64,000 nt of DNA from an uncultured Candidatus Saccharibacteria bacterium. GTDB lineage: Bacteria > Patescibacteriota > Minisyncoccia > Phycocordibacterales > CAIZLB01. The position numbers and the translations under genes were made by a program. Positions within the stretch are counted from its first letter, which is position 1. Every line of letters starts with the position of its first letter. The stretch is from assembly GCA_964450605.1 (NCBI GenBank), contig CAYVEK010000001.1, positions 143,933 through 207,932 on the forward strand. Direction: 5' to 3'. The notes beneath the pieces were generated by a model. The model did not search any database. It was not told the origin of the DNA and was given only the letters and a program-made list of their open reading frames with translations. Of the stretch, positions 29,257 to 39,708 are shown piece after piece.

Positions 29257-29361
29257 GTCTTTTTGTGTAAAATATTAAAGTCATGTTCACGCTCACGGAG
29301 AAATATGTTCTGATGATAAAAGTCATATGCATCATCACAGCTAAAGTGATATTATATACGC

Positions 29362-30357
29362 ATGTCAGCAACGTATTATAGTGATGCTATCTTTTGGATA
29401 GATACAGAAAAAATAAATCCAAATCCATATCAGCCTCGAAAAGAATTTGATCAAGCTGCTCTGCAAGATCTTTCTGAGTCTATACGTATGTATGGACTTC
29501 TTCAGCCTATAACAGTAACTCGAAAAGAACAGATGACCGAAGACGGCGGTCTTGTGGTAACGTACGAGCTCGTATCTGGAGAGCGACGATTGCGAGCTTC
29601 AAAACTTGCAGGACTTGTACAGGTTCCCGCCATCATACGTGCCAAAGAAGAAGATGCTCGAACAAAACTAGAACTTGCTATTATCGAAAACATACAACGA
29701 GAAGATCTAAATGTTATCGATCGAGCTCGAGCTTTTCAGCAGCTATCACAAGAGTTTGGTTTCAAGCATGCGCAGATCGCTGAGAAGATGGGAAAAAGTC
29801 GAGAGTATGTAACAAACAGTATGCGTCTTTTGAACTTGCCAGCTCATATGCTTGATGCGTTAAGTGCTCGACGTATCGTAGAAGGTCATACTCGACCACT
29901 ACTCATGCTCGTGGAAAGACCTGAAGAGCAGGAGGCTTTGTTCCAAGATATATTGCTTCGAAAGTTGAATGTACGAGAAGCAGAGATGATTGCTCGAAAG
30001 ATAGCTAAAGAGCGTGCACGAAAGAAAGAAAAAGATTTAAATCCTGAAATCATCGAATATGAGCACAAGTTTAATGAGATGTTGGGTACACGAGTTCATA
30101 TCGAAACAAAAGAGCAGGGTGGAAAGATTGTGATTGATTACTATGATCTTGTGGATCTAAAAAAACTACTTGAAAAACTTAGTTCCGAAGGTGTTCCGGG
30201 TATGGTCGACTCTACTGTTGGTGCAAATGTGTTAGTAAATGAAGATGGGCAGGAGTTGGTTGTTGATGATACATCAAGTGTGGTCGTAACTGATTCTGAT
30301 CTAGCAAATGATAGCGAGGATCCTGATATGTATAGTGTGATGAAGTTTACTGTCTAA
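29362..30357 (+). CDS. parB: Chromosome partitioning protein ParB/Spo0J with extended acidic C-terminus
   Basis: ParB box LVSGERRLRAS; HTH; KEYVTNSMRLLNLP. Confidence 0.85.
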   Translation: MSATYYSDAIFWIDTEKINPNPYQPRKEFDQAALQDLSESIRMYGLLQPITVTRKEQMTEDGGLVVTYELVSGERRLRASKLAGLVQVPAIIRAKEEDARTKLELAIIENIQREDLNVIDRARAFQQLSQEFGFKHAQIAEKMGKSREYVTNSMRLLNLPAHMLDALSARRIVEGHTRPLLMLVERPEEQEALFQDILLRKLNVREAEMIARKIAKERARKKEKDLNPEIIEYEHKFNEMLGTRVHIETKEQGGKIVIDYYDLVDLKKLLEKLSSEGVPGMVDSTVGANVLVNEDGQELVVDDTSSVVVTDSDLANDSEDPDMYSVMKFTV

Positions 30358-30371
30358 AAATATAAAACACT

Positions 30372-31292
30372 ATGAATCCTGATCAACGAGATTTACACCA
30401 TAATCCTGAAAATGAAGAGTGGTATGAACATGAGGAGGATTTAGCATGTTTTATAGAATTGTGGAATAGTTATACAGGATTATATAAAAGAATACATGCT
30501 CTAAATAATGGATCTTCTTTAAAATTTTATCAAACAAAACGTGAAATAGAGGATCTTCAAAGCAACTTGGATGATACTGCTGAAAAAATGGTTGAAGAAT
30601 TTTCAGATTTTTTTAATTTTACAGGTTTTGGCCTTGAAAAAAAAGATAATTCAGACGAACTTTGTCTAGTTATTGATAGTGCCTCAGGTTTTAAACAGTG
30701 GGTTTCTAAAATAAAAGAAAGAAGAAGTTTGAGGGTAGGTTTTTCTAATGAAGTTATTGATTTGGTAGATACGATATTGGATAATTTCAATAGACCTAAT
30801 GAAAAGAAAAGTGAAGATTTTTATGTTTTATATTCTGTAATTGATGATCTTATTGATCTAACCAAGTGTATCGAACAAAAAAGCTCTGTTGGATTTCATG
30901 AAAACCAACTGCAAGAGCTTGAAGATATACGTCGTGCCTCTGAACATAAATACACTTCTGAATATATGCAGATGGTAAGAATAGGATTGCTTGACGTGTA
31001 CGTAGAGGAACAAAATAATTTTCCTTGGGCAAAAGATTCTCCTAGTGATTTTCAGGATAAGGCGGAAGCCCTGAAAGAAGGTATTGATTCTTTATATTTT
31101 CAAATACTAACTGGAGATTCAGAAGATTTTGAAGCAATGATCTTTTTCAAAGATGTATTGTTAAGACTTTCAGAAAAGTTAAAAGTTTTGCTGAAGGTGC
31201 CGGACAGTACAAAACATAGTGATGTAAGGTATCTGCTCTACTCAGATCTTGGTATGCTGGTTGATAAAATCATCGGACAGCTCAGTGTGTAA
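30372..31292 (+). CDS. Hypothetical protein
   Basis: Long ORF with native-like codon usage; no motif recognised. Confidence 0.4.
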   Translation: MNPDQRDLHHNPENEEWYEHEEDLACFIELWNSYTGLYKRIHALNNGSSLKFYQTKREIEDLQSNLDDTAEKMVEEFSDFFNFTGFGLEKKDNSDELCLVIDSASGFKQWVSKIKERRSLRVGFSNEVIDLVDTILDNFNRPNEKKSEDFYVLYSVIDDLIDLTKCIEQKSSVGFHENQLQELEDIRRASEHKYTSEYMQMVRIGLLDVYVEEQNNFPWAKDSPSDFQDKAEALKEGIDSLYFQILTGDSEDFEAMIFFKDVLLRLSEKLKVLLKVPDSTKHSDVRYLLYSDLGMLVDKIIGQLSV

Positions 31293-31356
31293 TAAAAACA
31301 AAAACCCTACACCTGCCCTAAAGCTGGTTCGGGTTCGTTGGGTGGGAGAGAAGATT

Positions 31357-31863
31357 TCATCGTAAGGTAATCAGGTGAAAACCTTCAACTCTATGGAAGT
31401 TTGCGACATTGCACATGTCTTCCAGAGACTCACAGTATTGTTTACAATCCGCCTCGAAGATTGCATACCTACGGATCTCTTTTTGCTTAGAGGCCTTGAT
31501 AGGGACGAAATATTCAAAACGGACCGTGCTGTTGCGATGACTTATCGTTCTCACGACTTTTTCGTAAAGCAGATCTCTATTCTGAATATATCCATCTCTG
31601 GTATAGAGTCCCGGCCGTACCAGGATGAAGGCGTCTCCGTCCTTGATATACAGTTCATTTTCACCGACAGATATCATAGGAGCAAAGCTCAGTGAAATGA
31701 GGCTGAGCAGAATGATTGCCGAGAAGGCTGGAACAAACCCGGAAACTTTTTGCTTTATAAAAGCCGCGAGGTACACCAACGTGATAACTACCCCGATGAT
31801 TATAAAAAAGATAAGGGTTCCGTTAAAATAATCCGGCCAACGGTAGTACTCAAGAGTGTTCAT
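31357..31863 (-). CDS. Hypothetical membrane protein
   Basis: Two N-terminal TM helices; no motif recognised. Confidence 0.35.
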   Translation of the reverse strand: MNTLEYYRWPDYFNGTLIFFIIIGVVITLVYLAAFIKQKVSGFVPAFSAIILLSLISLSFAPMISVGENELYIKDGDAFILVRPGLYTRDGYIQNRDLLYEKVVRTISHRNSTVRFEYFVPIKASKQKEIRRYAIFEADCKQYCESLEDMCNVANFHRVEGFHLITLR

Positions 31864-31961
31864 GGTAGTTGAGAGGTTTGATGGTTAGGTTTCAAAAAAC
31901 ATCCAACAAGACTGTCTTGCTAGATGTTTTTATCTTCTACCTCTTTTGTCACCCTGTCAAC

Positions 31962-34160
31962 TTATGCTTTCTTTTTTGCAAATCCACGCTTCTTCTTTTC
32001 TTGACTCAAGATGTCAAGGGCTCTGTCAAGAGTCACTGTGTATACGTCGTCAGTTTTGAGAGATCTAAAGTCGCCGTCGCATCCTATGTATGGACCAAAA
32101 CGTCCTTTGTTGGCAATAACTTCTTTGCCGTTTTTTGGATTTACACCGAGTACTCGTGGAAGTGATAGATAGGTAAGAGCTTGTTCAACTGTTACATTAC
32201 TTGGATCAACTTCTTTTGGAATACTGGCCATGCGAGGTTTTTTTAATTCTTTTGTTTTTTCTCCAAGCTGAACATATGGACCAAATCGTCCTGTCTTAAC
32301 AAAGATAGGAAGTTTACTTTCAGGATCAGTACCGATAGGCTCATCAGCTTTTATAAGAACTCCATCTATAGTTAGTGCACCATTACATTCTGGAAAACGA
32401 GAACATGACAAGAACTTTCCACCACGTGATAGTTTTATAACCATAGAGCTTCCACAGATAGGGCAAGTAAATGTATCTGATACGCCGAGGTTTGTTATCT
32501 TGGCATCAGTTCCTCGTTTTTTTAGTTCTTTTGTAAATGGTCCATAAAAATCAGACAAAACTTTTTCATACGTAGCATCTCCATTTGATATATGGTCGAG
32601 TTTATCTTCCATCTCTGATGTAAATGAATCACTGATATATTCACCAAAGTTTTCTTCAAGAAATGTACTCACAACATCACCAACGTCAGTTGGTTTTAGT
32701 GTTCGACCAATCTTTTCAACATACTCACGCTCCTCGAGTGTGTTCATGATACTTGCAAAAGTTGATGGTCGACCGATACCTCGTTTCTCAAGTTCTTTGA
32801 TAAGGCCTGCTTCTGTATATCTACTTGGTGGTTCTGTAAATTTTTCTGTATTTGTAATATCAAAAAATGAAAGTTTTTGTCCTATCTGTAGTGCCGGAAC
32901 TTCAACTTCTTCACCTCGTGATGCAGGATCAGCGATAAGCCATCCATCAAACATGATGCGTGATCCATTGATAGAGAAGTCGGGGAATTTGTATTTATCT
33001 GCATCAGTGATAGTTGCAGATATTTTTGTACGAAGAGTTTTTGCATCACACATCTGAGAAGCAACTGTTCGTGCATGTATCAGTTCATACAAACGTTTTT
33101 CATCATCAGTGTTTCCAGCATGAGCTCTCGTGATGGTAGTTGGTCGTATTGCTTCGTGAGCCTCTTGAGCATTTTTAACTTTTGATTGATATGTTCGAAC
33201 ATCAACATATTGTTTTCCATATGTTTTTTCTACATAACCTGCGATAGAGGCGACAGCTTGTTTGCTGAGAGTGATACTGTCAGTTCGCATGTATGTTATG
33301 TGACCTTGTTCATATAGTTTTTGTGCTGCTCTCATCGTACGAGAAGGAGAGAAGCCGAGTCGTGTACTGGCTGTTTGTTGCAGGGTTGATGTGATAAACG
33401 GAGCCTTTGGACTTCGTTTTACTTCACTGCTCTGTATGTCTTTTATATACCACGCATCTTTATGATCTTGTGCTGTTTTCTCTATATATAGAGCTCGAGC
33501 TTTGTCTGCTATCTCTTCGTTGCAACCATATGTGAGAGCGTCTTTTTTGGCTTGTGTGTGACTAAGTAGTGCTTCAAGTACATAATATGCAGTTGGTACA
33601 AATGCACGGATCTCACGCTCTCGTTCCATGATGATACGAAGTGCAGGTGACTGTACTCGTCCAGCTGAAAGACCATATCGAACTTTTTTCCAGATAAGTC
33701 CTGACAGATCATATCCTACAAGTCTATCGAGTACTCGCCGTGCTTCTTGTGCCTTGCGTAGATTTTGATCTATGGTTCGTGGATGAGCTATGGCATCAAG
33801 TACTGCTTCTTTTGTAATCTCGTAATAAGTAACACGTTTTGGATGTTTTAGTTTGAGTGTCTCTGCGAGGTGCCATGCGATAGCTTCTCCTTCTCGGTCA
33901 GGGTCGCAAGCCAGAAACACATCATCAACATGATGTACAGCATGTTGTAACTCTTTGATAACTTTTTCTTTTCCTGGAGATATTTCGTAATGAGGAACAA
34001 AACCTTTTTCTATATCAATAGCTTTTTTGTTGCTTTTTGGTAAGTCTCGTATGTGTCCAACAGAAGACATGACTATATACTCATCACCAAGATATTTGGC
34101 AATAGTTTTTGCTTTTGATGGTGACTCTACGATCACGAGGTGCTTACTATTTTTACTCAT
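31962..34160 (-). CDS. topA: DNA topoisomerase I
   Basis: TOPRIM LVIVESPSKAKTI; type IA core; C-terminal Zn-ribbon CPICGSSM...CSRFPEC. Confidence 0.9.
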   Translation of the reverse strand: MSKNSKHLVIVESPSKAKTIAKYLGDEYIVMSSVGHIRDLPKSNKKAIDIEKGFVPHYEISPGKEKVIKELQHAVHHVDDVFLACDPDREGEAIAWHLAETLKLKHPKRVTYYEITKEAVLDAIAHPRTIDQNLRKAQEARRVLDRLVGYDLSGLIWKKVRYGLSAGRVQSPALRIIMEREREIRAFVPTAYYVLEALLSHTQAKKDALTYGCNEEIADKARALYIEKTAQDHKDAWYIKDIQSSEVKRSPKAPFITSTLQQTASTRLGFSPSRTMRAAQKLYEQGHITYMRTDSITLSKQAVASIAGYVEKTYGKQYVDVRTYQSKVKNAQEAHEAIRPTTITRAHAGNTDDEKRLYELIHARTVASQMCDAKTLRTKISATITDADKYKFPDFSINGSRIMFDGWLIADPASRGEEVEVPALQIGQKLSFFDITNTEKFTEPPSRYTEAGLIKELEKRGIGRPSTFASIMNTLEEREYVEKIGRTLKPTDVGDVVSTFLEENFGEYISDSFTSEMEDKLDHISNGDATYEKVLSDFYGPFTKELKKRGTDAKITNLGVSDTFTCPICGSSMVIKLSRGGKFLSCSRFPECNGALTIDGVLIKADEPIGTDPESKLPIFVKTGRFGPYVQLGEKTKELKKPRMASIPKEVDPSNVTVEQALTYLSLPRVLGVNPKNGKEVIANKGRFGPYIGCDGDFRSLKTDDVYTVTLDRALDILSQEKKKRGFAKKKA

Positions 34161-34217
34161 AGTTACTAATTCATACCACGAAAAACTACTTCATGGCAAA
34201 TATGGTAAAAAATATGC

Positions 34218-35150
34218 TCAAAATCTGGCGTATAGTTTTCCATTACTCCAACGTATCAAATCATGAAGTTCGAGTAGGGAAGTTAGTATAGAAACTTCTG
34301 ATACAGATAAGTTGAGTGCTCCAACTATGTATTCTTTGGTTACGCCATCTGTGTGCGAAGATATGCAGTTAAAAACCTGACGTTCTTCTGGTGTTATGTT
34401 ATCCAACACCGTTCTATGTGACTCTGTTTGAGTAGATGTTTTGTTATCTCGCACGGTGAGAATGTCTACACTATATGCAAGAGATATCTGCTTGAGTTTG
34501 TCATAGAGTGTTTGTGGTTCTATATATACTTCAGCACCTTTTGATATGAGTGTATGAGTTCCTGTGCTTGTATTTGAAAATATAGATCCAGGCACTGCTA
34601 TAACCTCACGACCATAATCAGTTGCGAGATGTCCGGTTATAAGTGTACCAGACTTTTTTTCTGCCTCTATAACTATAGTTAGATGTGACATGCCGGCCAT
34701 GAGTCTGTTGCGTATGGGAAAAGTCCATATATCAGCTCGAGCATCCGGTTCAAACTCACTCAATACAAGACCTCCATGTTCGAGAATCTCATACTTTAGA
34801 TCGAGATGTGCTCTCGGATAAAAAGACTCGTCATCTATACCTGATCCGGGGACAGCGATGGTTGGTATGCCAAGTCTTATAGACTCGCTGTGCACTATAC
34901 CATCAACTCCATAGGCTATACCTGACACAGTGATGATGTTAAATGGTCGAAGTGTCTCAAGTATGTGTTTGACAACATCTTGACCATAAGGGCTCGGCTT
35001 TCGTGGACCTACGATACATACATATATAGTATCTGTTCGAGCAAAGAGGCTGATGTTTCCTTGCATATATAGTTCTTTAGGTGGGTCGGGGATGTGAGTT
35101 AAAAGGCCATATATATCTGTTATGTGTTGTATGGGGTATTCTTTATTCAT
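34218..35150 (-). CDS. dprA: DNA processing protein DprA (Smf)
   Basis: Rossmann-like GIAYGVDGIVH...VPGSGID motif; C-terminal winged helix. Confidence 0.8.
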   Translation of the reverse strand: MNKEYPIQHITDIYGLLTHIPDPPKELYMQGNISLFARTDTIYVCIVGPRKPSPYGQDVVKHILETLRPFNIITVSGIAYGVDGIVHSESIRLGIPTIAVPGSGIDDESFYPRAHLDLKYEILEHGGLVLSEFEPDARADIWTFPIRNRLMAGMSHLTIVIEAEKKSGTLITGHLATDYGREVIAVPGSIFSNTSTGTHTLISKGAEVYIEPQTLYDKLKQISLAYSVDILTVRDNKTSTQTESHRTVLDNITPEERQVFNCISSHTDGVTKEYIVGALNLSVSEVSILTSLLELHDLIRWSNGKLYARF

Positions 35151-35221
35151 ATAGAAAAATCATAGCTTTTCTGCTATCATGTTCTTATAAAGAAAACTTA
35201 AAGTTTTATAGAATAAAATAT

Positions 35222-36496
35222 ATGCTCGACATCAAGTTTATCCGGGAACACAAAGATATCATTAAAGACGCTTCAAATAAGAAGAAAATTCCTTTTGATG
35301 TAGACAAACTATTGTCGGTTGATGATGAAAGACGAGCTCTTCTTACATCTATAGAGACAAAAAAGGCTGAACAAAATAAGATGGGGCTTTTTATTGCTAA
35401 CCCACAACACCTCGGCTCTGCATATCAGAAAACAGAGGTTCTTGAGAAAATGAAGACTCTGAAAGATGAGATAAAACAAGAAGAAGAAAAGCTGGAAAGT
35501 ATTATGAAAGAATGGCAGGAACTTATGCTTGGTGTTCCAAATGTTCCTGATATGTCTGTTCCAGTGGGTGAGAGCGAGGATGATAATGTTGAGCTACGAA
35601 CATGGGGTGAGATACCAAAGTTTGATTTTCCTGTTAAAGACCAGATTGCTTTATGTAAAGATCTTGATTTGGCTGATTTTGAGCGAGGTACAAAGATAGC
35701 TGGTTTTCGAGGATACATTCTTAAAAATGCAGGTGCACAGCTCGAGTTTGCATTGTGGCAATACACGATGAATTTTTTGATTAACAAAGGATATAGTCCC
35801 ATGATCGTTCCATCACTGGTGCGACGAGAGACTTTGCTTGGTACTGGATATATTCCACAAGGAGAAGATGATCTATATAAAACACAAGACGGAGATTATC
35901 TTGCTGGAACAGGAGAAGTTGCAACCATGAGTTACTATTCTGGAGAAGTTCTTGATCAAACAGAACTTCCTAAAAAGATCATTGCATTTTCTCCATGTTT
36001 TAGACGAGAAGCAGGAAGTCATAGTAAAGATACAAAAGGTCTGATCCGAGTACATGAATTTTTCAAACTTGAACAGGTGATACTGTGTGAAGCAAGTCAT
36101 AACGCCTCTGTTGATTTTCACGAGGAGCTTTTGAAAAATACAGAAGAAATCATGCAAGCCCTTGAGATCCCATATCGAGTACTTCTTATGTGTACAGCTG
36201 ATATAGGTCTTGGTCATGTTAAAAAATACGACATAGAAGCTTGGGTTCCAAGTCAAAACACATATCGAGAAACACATTCTGCATCATATTTCCATGATTT
36301 CCAGACACGACGACTAAACATCCGATACAAAGATGCTGAAGGAAAGATGCGATTTGCACACTCACTTAACAACACTGCTATAGCGACTCCGCGAATTCTG
36401 GTATCTATTCTTGAAAATAATCAGCAAGCTGATGGAAGTATAAAAGTTCCTAAAGTCTTAGTACCTTACATGAATGGCATCGAAGTTATCAAATAA
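35222..36496 (+). CDS. serS: Serine--tRNA ligase
   Basis: MLDIKFIRE N-terminal coiled-coil arm; class II motifs (FRRE, GLGHVKKYD...). Confidence 0.85.
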   Translation: MLDIKFIREHKDIIKDASNKKKIPFDVDKLLSVDDERRALLTSIETKKAEQNKMGLFIANPQHLGSAYQKTEVLEKMKTLKDEIKQEEEKLESIMKEWQELMLGVPNVPDMSVPVGESEDDNVELRTWGEIPKFDFPVKDQIALCKDLDLADFERGTKIAGFRGYILKNAGAQLEFALWQYTMNFLINKGYSPMIVPSLVRRETLLGTGYIPQGEDDLYKTQDGDYLAGTGEVATMSYYSGEVLDQTELPKKIIAFSPCFRREAGSHSKDTKGLIRVHEFFKLEQVILCEASHNASVDFHEELLKNTEEIMQALEIPYRVLLMCTADIGLGHVKKYDIEAWVPSQNTYRETHSASYFHDFQTRRLNIRYKDAEGKMRFAHSLNNTAIATPRILVSILENNQQADGSIKVPKVLVPYMNGIEVIK

Positions 36497-37241
36497 AAGA
36501 ATAATATCTTCTACACGACAAAAGCAAACACGAAGAAAAGTTTTGTGGTCTATTTTAAGTGTATTGCTTGTATGTGGAGTTTTGTATTTGATATATGGAA
36601 AAGTATTGAACATACAAGAAGTATATGTGAAGGGTGCAAGTCATACTAAAGTCGAAGATGTTAAAGCGATAGTTCTTGATGAAGTTTCAAAACGTCGCTG
36701 GCTTATATTTCCACAAAGAAATAGATTATTTTTTCCAAGCAATAAAACTGAAATACGAATACAAACCGAAGTACCAAGTGTAGAAGAGGTTGATGTTGAT
36801 GTGGCGCTTTTGGGAAATGTCGATGTGCTTATCAAAGATCGTCGGCCGTCGGGTATATGGTGTAATAAATCAGTTGAAGGAGACTGTTTCTTCTTTGACG
36901 ATCTTGGAGTTCTCTTTAAACCAAGTTTCGCATTTACCGGTTCAGTCTATACGCGGTGGAGTAAAGAAGGAGTTAATCTTGCACTGGGACAGACTGTTCC
37001 GTGTTTACCTGGATGTACTGATACTTCATATGTACAGTTTTTGGCTGAACACAAAATAACAGACGGGGAAGTAAAAGAAGACAGTAATCAGTTGCAGAGT
37101 TTGGATGGGTATATTATAAAAGCCTCACTCGATCCAAAGGTGGTGATGAAGCATGTGATGATGGTTGAAGAGAAGAAAGTTGATCTTAAAACATTGGAGT
37201 ATATAGATGCGAGGTTGGAGAATAAGATTTTTTATAAATAA
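36474..37241 (+). CDS. Membrane-anchored protein, possibly FtsQ/DivIB-like (POTRA)
   Basis: N-terminal TM (LWSILSVLLVCGVLYLIY) followed by a POTRA-like region IQEVYVKGASHTKVEDVKAIV; weak. Confidence 0.35.
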   Translation: MASKLSNKRIISSTRQKQTRRKVLWSILSVLLVCGVLYLIYGKVLNIQEVYVKGASHTKVEDVKAIVLDEVSKRRWLIFPQRNRLFFPSNKTEIRIQTEVPSVEEVDVDVALLGNVDVLIKDRRPSGIWCNKSVEGDCFFFDDLGVLFKPSFAFTGSVYTRWSKEGVNLALGQTVPCLPGCTDTSYVQFLAEHKITDGEVKEDSNQLQSLDGYIIKASLDPKVVMKHVMMVEEKKVDLKTLEYIDARLENKIFYK

Positions 37242-37247
37242 AAAAAT

Positions 37248-37276
37248 ACGCCCCGGTCCGTGAAGGACCGGGGCTC
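37248..37276 (-). terminator. GC-rich hairpin terminator (serves the minus-strand GC-island gene; possibly bidirectional)
   Basis: gccccggtcc-gtgaa-ggaccggggc flanked by an A-run (a T-run on the minus strand). Confidence 0.65.
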
Positions 37277-37295
37277 GTGTAAAGTGCGGAGGCGG

Positions 37296-37919
37296 TTAGC
37301 GGAGGCTGATTCCGTAAGTGTCGAGAACCTCGAGATAAGCTTCCAAGGCGTAATATTGTCCACCTATGGCTGTCCATTGTGAAGTAAAACGAGTCAATGA
37401 CGGCGGATTGTCTGCCAAGGCACCAATGTTTGGGTACTCCGACCATTCGGAGAGGGTGCCCGGAAGCTTTATTTCCCTGAGCACTTCCTTCTCTTTTGGT
37501 CCCAATGGGTATGCCGTGCCCAAAGTGAGACCCATCCGTGAGAGAATATCTGAAAGCAGGTTGATGCCTTTTCGGCCGAAGTTGCGGTGTCTCAGTAAGC
37601 GGTGTTGAGGCCTCCGCACCAGTGTTCCCAGTGTCGCAGATCTGCATTCTTCACAGAGATTCAGCAGAGACCCCAACAGGCGAGTTGCCCTTTGAGCCTG
37701 TATCTGTTCCTCGAGGAATTCCTTGAGAGGGCGAGAGAGTATCTCATCGAAATCGGTTTCGCCGATCTCGATTCTGCAAGGCGATTTACTGCGGAAATTC
37801 GCCGTAACGACAAGCTCGAAACCTTCGGGGGCGGAAATTCCTTCTTGCTGAAACCAGGTCATCGCGTGAGCGGCGAAGGCGGATTGCTGTTCAGGGGTGA
37901 GTGAGAGGGTGGGTGTCAT
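37296..37919 (-). CDS. Hypothetical protein in a GC-rich island
   Basis: ~57% GC ORF between the terminator and tRNA-Glu; HhH-like segment LLNLCEECRSATLGTLV; no confident domain. Confidence 0.45.
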   Translation of the reverse strand: MTPTLSLTPEQQSAFAAHAMTWFQQEGISAPEGFELVVTANFRSKSPCRIEIGETDFDEILSRPLKEFLEEQIQAQRATRLLGSLLNLCEECRSATLGTLVRRPQHRLLRHRNFGRKGINLLSDILSRMGLTLGTAYPLGPKEKEVLREIKLPGTLSEWSEYPNIGALADNPPSLTRFTSQWTAIGGQYYALEAYLEVLDTYGISLR

Positions 37920-38036
37920 GGGGAGGTGGTGTTGTTAAAGTTCATGGTTTATTTATATAATTAAATTAAATTAATGTCAAATTCCACTAAAACTGGTTGA
38001 TTTCAGTTGTTTTTTTGTGTTATAGTGCGGATACAT

Positions 38037-38108
38037 GGCCCTATCGTCTAACGGTTAGGACATCGGCTTCTCAAGCCGGTAATCGGGGTTCGATTCCCCG
38101 TAGGGTCA
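38037..38108 (+). tRNA. tRNA-Glu (anticodon CUC)
   Basis: Manual fold: acceptor ggcccta/tagggtc, anticodon stem tcggc/gccgg with loop ttCTCaa, T-arm cggggTTCGATTccccg. Confidence 0.8.
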
Positions 38109-38136
38109 CCTTCAACAGCTAGCACGAGTAGCATAC

Positions 38137-38165
38137 AAAAATAGCCCCTAGAAGGGCTATTTTTG
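38137..38165 (+). terminator. Rho-independent terminator after tRNA-Glu
   Basis: atagccc-ctagaa-gggctat followed by TTTT. Confidence 0.65.
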
Positions 38166-38172
38166 TCATCTG

Positions 38173-39708
38173 GTGCAAATTAGTCACAATAAGGTATCCT
38201 TATACCATATGTCTATAACCAAGACCGATTTTCTTACATGCTTAGATTGTCCCCAAAATGCATGGTTAAAAATACACCGACCAGATGTGTACAAGAAATA
38301 TCCACTCTCTTCTTTTGAATTAAATATAATAGATACGGGTAATTTGATCGATACTCTGGCTCGAGACTTGTTTCCTGGTGGTATAACAATCCAATCTCGT
38401 GACGACTTCGAACTCACAAAGAAATTAATAGCGGAGAGAACACCTGTGATTTATCAGCCTGTCTTTATTACAAATAAATTTACAGCTGTCTCAGATATTC
38501 TAGTGTGGAATTCTAAAACCAATCTGTATGATCTGTACGAGGTAAAGTCTTCTACTACTTCTGAAGAGAACGGAGGGCGGAAAACAGATGAATACATTGT
38601 GGATATGGCATTTCAAAAAAATGTATTAGATGAGCTTGGTATAAAAATTGGAACATTTAATCTTATTCGAATTAATAAAGAATATGTAAGATTTGGCAAT
38701 ATAGATGTAAGCAGACTTTTCTTAACTGAAAATTTAACAGATCAAGTTGAACAAGCATTGGAGGATGTTAAATTAAAGATGGAGGGTGCTTATGAATTTC
38801 TATCTAAAGAGGTTGAGCCAAAGGGACACTGTGAATGTATTTTTAAGAGTAAAAATTCTCATTGTACTACCTCTAAATACTCAAATCATGATATGCCCGA
38901 ATACTCGGTTCATTCAATATCTCGTATACACAAGAAAAAGCTAATTGATTTAGTTGAACAAGGTATCTTGAACATACATGATGTACCTAAAGATTTTGAG
39001 TTGTCAGAAAATCAAAGACGCCAAGTAGACACTGCTCAATCGGGTAAGGAATTTATTGATCAAAACGGAATATCACAATTTCTTCAAACAATGGAATATC
39101 CGCTAGCTTTTCTTGATTATGAGACTTATCCTTCAGCTATACCGAAATTTGACGGGTATAGTCCATATCAGCAAATTCCATTTCAGTTTTCACTTCATGT
39201 AATTGAATCTATTGGTGGAGATGTTATTCATCATGAATTTTTACACTTAAATGATAAGTGTCCAGATGAATATTTTGCTGATGCACTTGAGAAGTATTTA
39301 CCAAAAAATGGAAGCGTTGTTGTTTGGAATCAGAAATTTGAGAAAGGTATCAATGAACAGATTGGTAAGCATCTGCCAAATCGCGTGGATTTTATGGATT
39401 CAATAAATAGCAGAGTTGTCGACTTAATGATTCCTTTTTTTGGAAAAACAACAATGTACGATCACCCTCAATTTAAAGGTAGTGCCTCAATCAAGTACGT
39501 ATTACCTGCGTTAGTTCCCGAATTATCATATAATGATATGCATATTCAAGAAGGAGGTACAGCGTCAGATACATGGAACAAAATAGTCTCAAGTGAGTAT
39601 TCTGAAAGTGAAAAATTGATTAAAGAACAAGCTCTAAGAGATTACTGCAGACTTGATACTTTGGCGATGGTTGAGATTTGGAAGGTATTAACTAAATCTA
39701 TCCAGTAA
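38173..39708 (+). CDS. Cas4/RecB-like PD-(D/E)XK nuclease (4-Cys cluster) fused to a C-terminal DnaQ-like DEDD 3'-5' exonuclease domain (DUF2779-like architecture)
   Basis: N-terminal CLDC ... D-x-YEVK (PD-D/ExK) ... CECIFKSKNSHC Cys cluster; C-terminal FLDYETY (Exo I), VVWNQKFE (Exo II), YCRLDTLAM (Exo III-like). Confidence 0.5.
   Translation: MQISHNKVSLYHMSITKTDFLTCLDCPQNAWLKIHRPDVYKKYPLSSFELNIIDTGNLIDTLARDLFPGGITIQSRDDFELTKKLIAERTPVIYQPVFITNKFTAVSDILVWNSKTNLYDLYEVKSSTTSEENGGRKTDEYIVDMAFQKNVLDELGIKIGTFNLIRINKEYVRFGNIDVSRLFLTENLTDQVEQALEDVKLKMEGAYEFLSKEVEPKGHCECIFKSKNSHCTTSKYSNHDMPEYSVHSISRIHKKKLIDLVEQGILNIHDVPKDFELSENQRRQVDTAQSGKEFIDQNGISQFLQTMEYPLAFLDYETYPSAIPKFDGYSPYQQIPFQFSLHVIESIGGDVIHHEFLHLNDKCPDEYFADALEKYLPKNGSVVVWNQKFEKGINEQIGKHLPNRVDFMDSINSRVVDLMIPFFGKTTMYDHPQFKGSASIKYVLPALVPELSYNDMHIQEGGTASDTWNKIVSSEYSESEKLIKEQALRDYCRLDTLAMVEIWKVLTKSIQ

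Noticed and set aside
29122-29313. 63-aa ORF overlapping the second GC-rich non-coding unit
   Set aside because: It spans the terminator hairpin and T-run. It has no SD and a Cys/Arg-rich composition. More likely non-coding.
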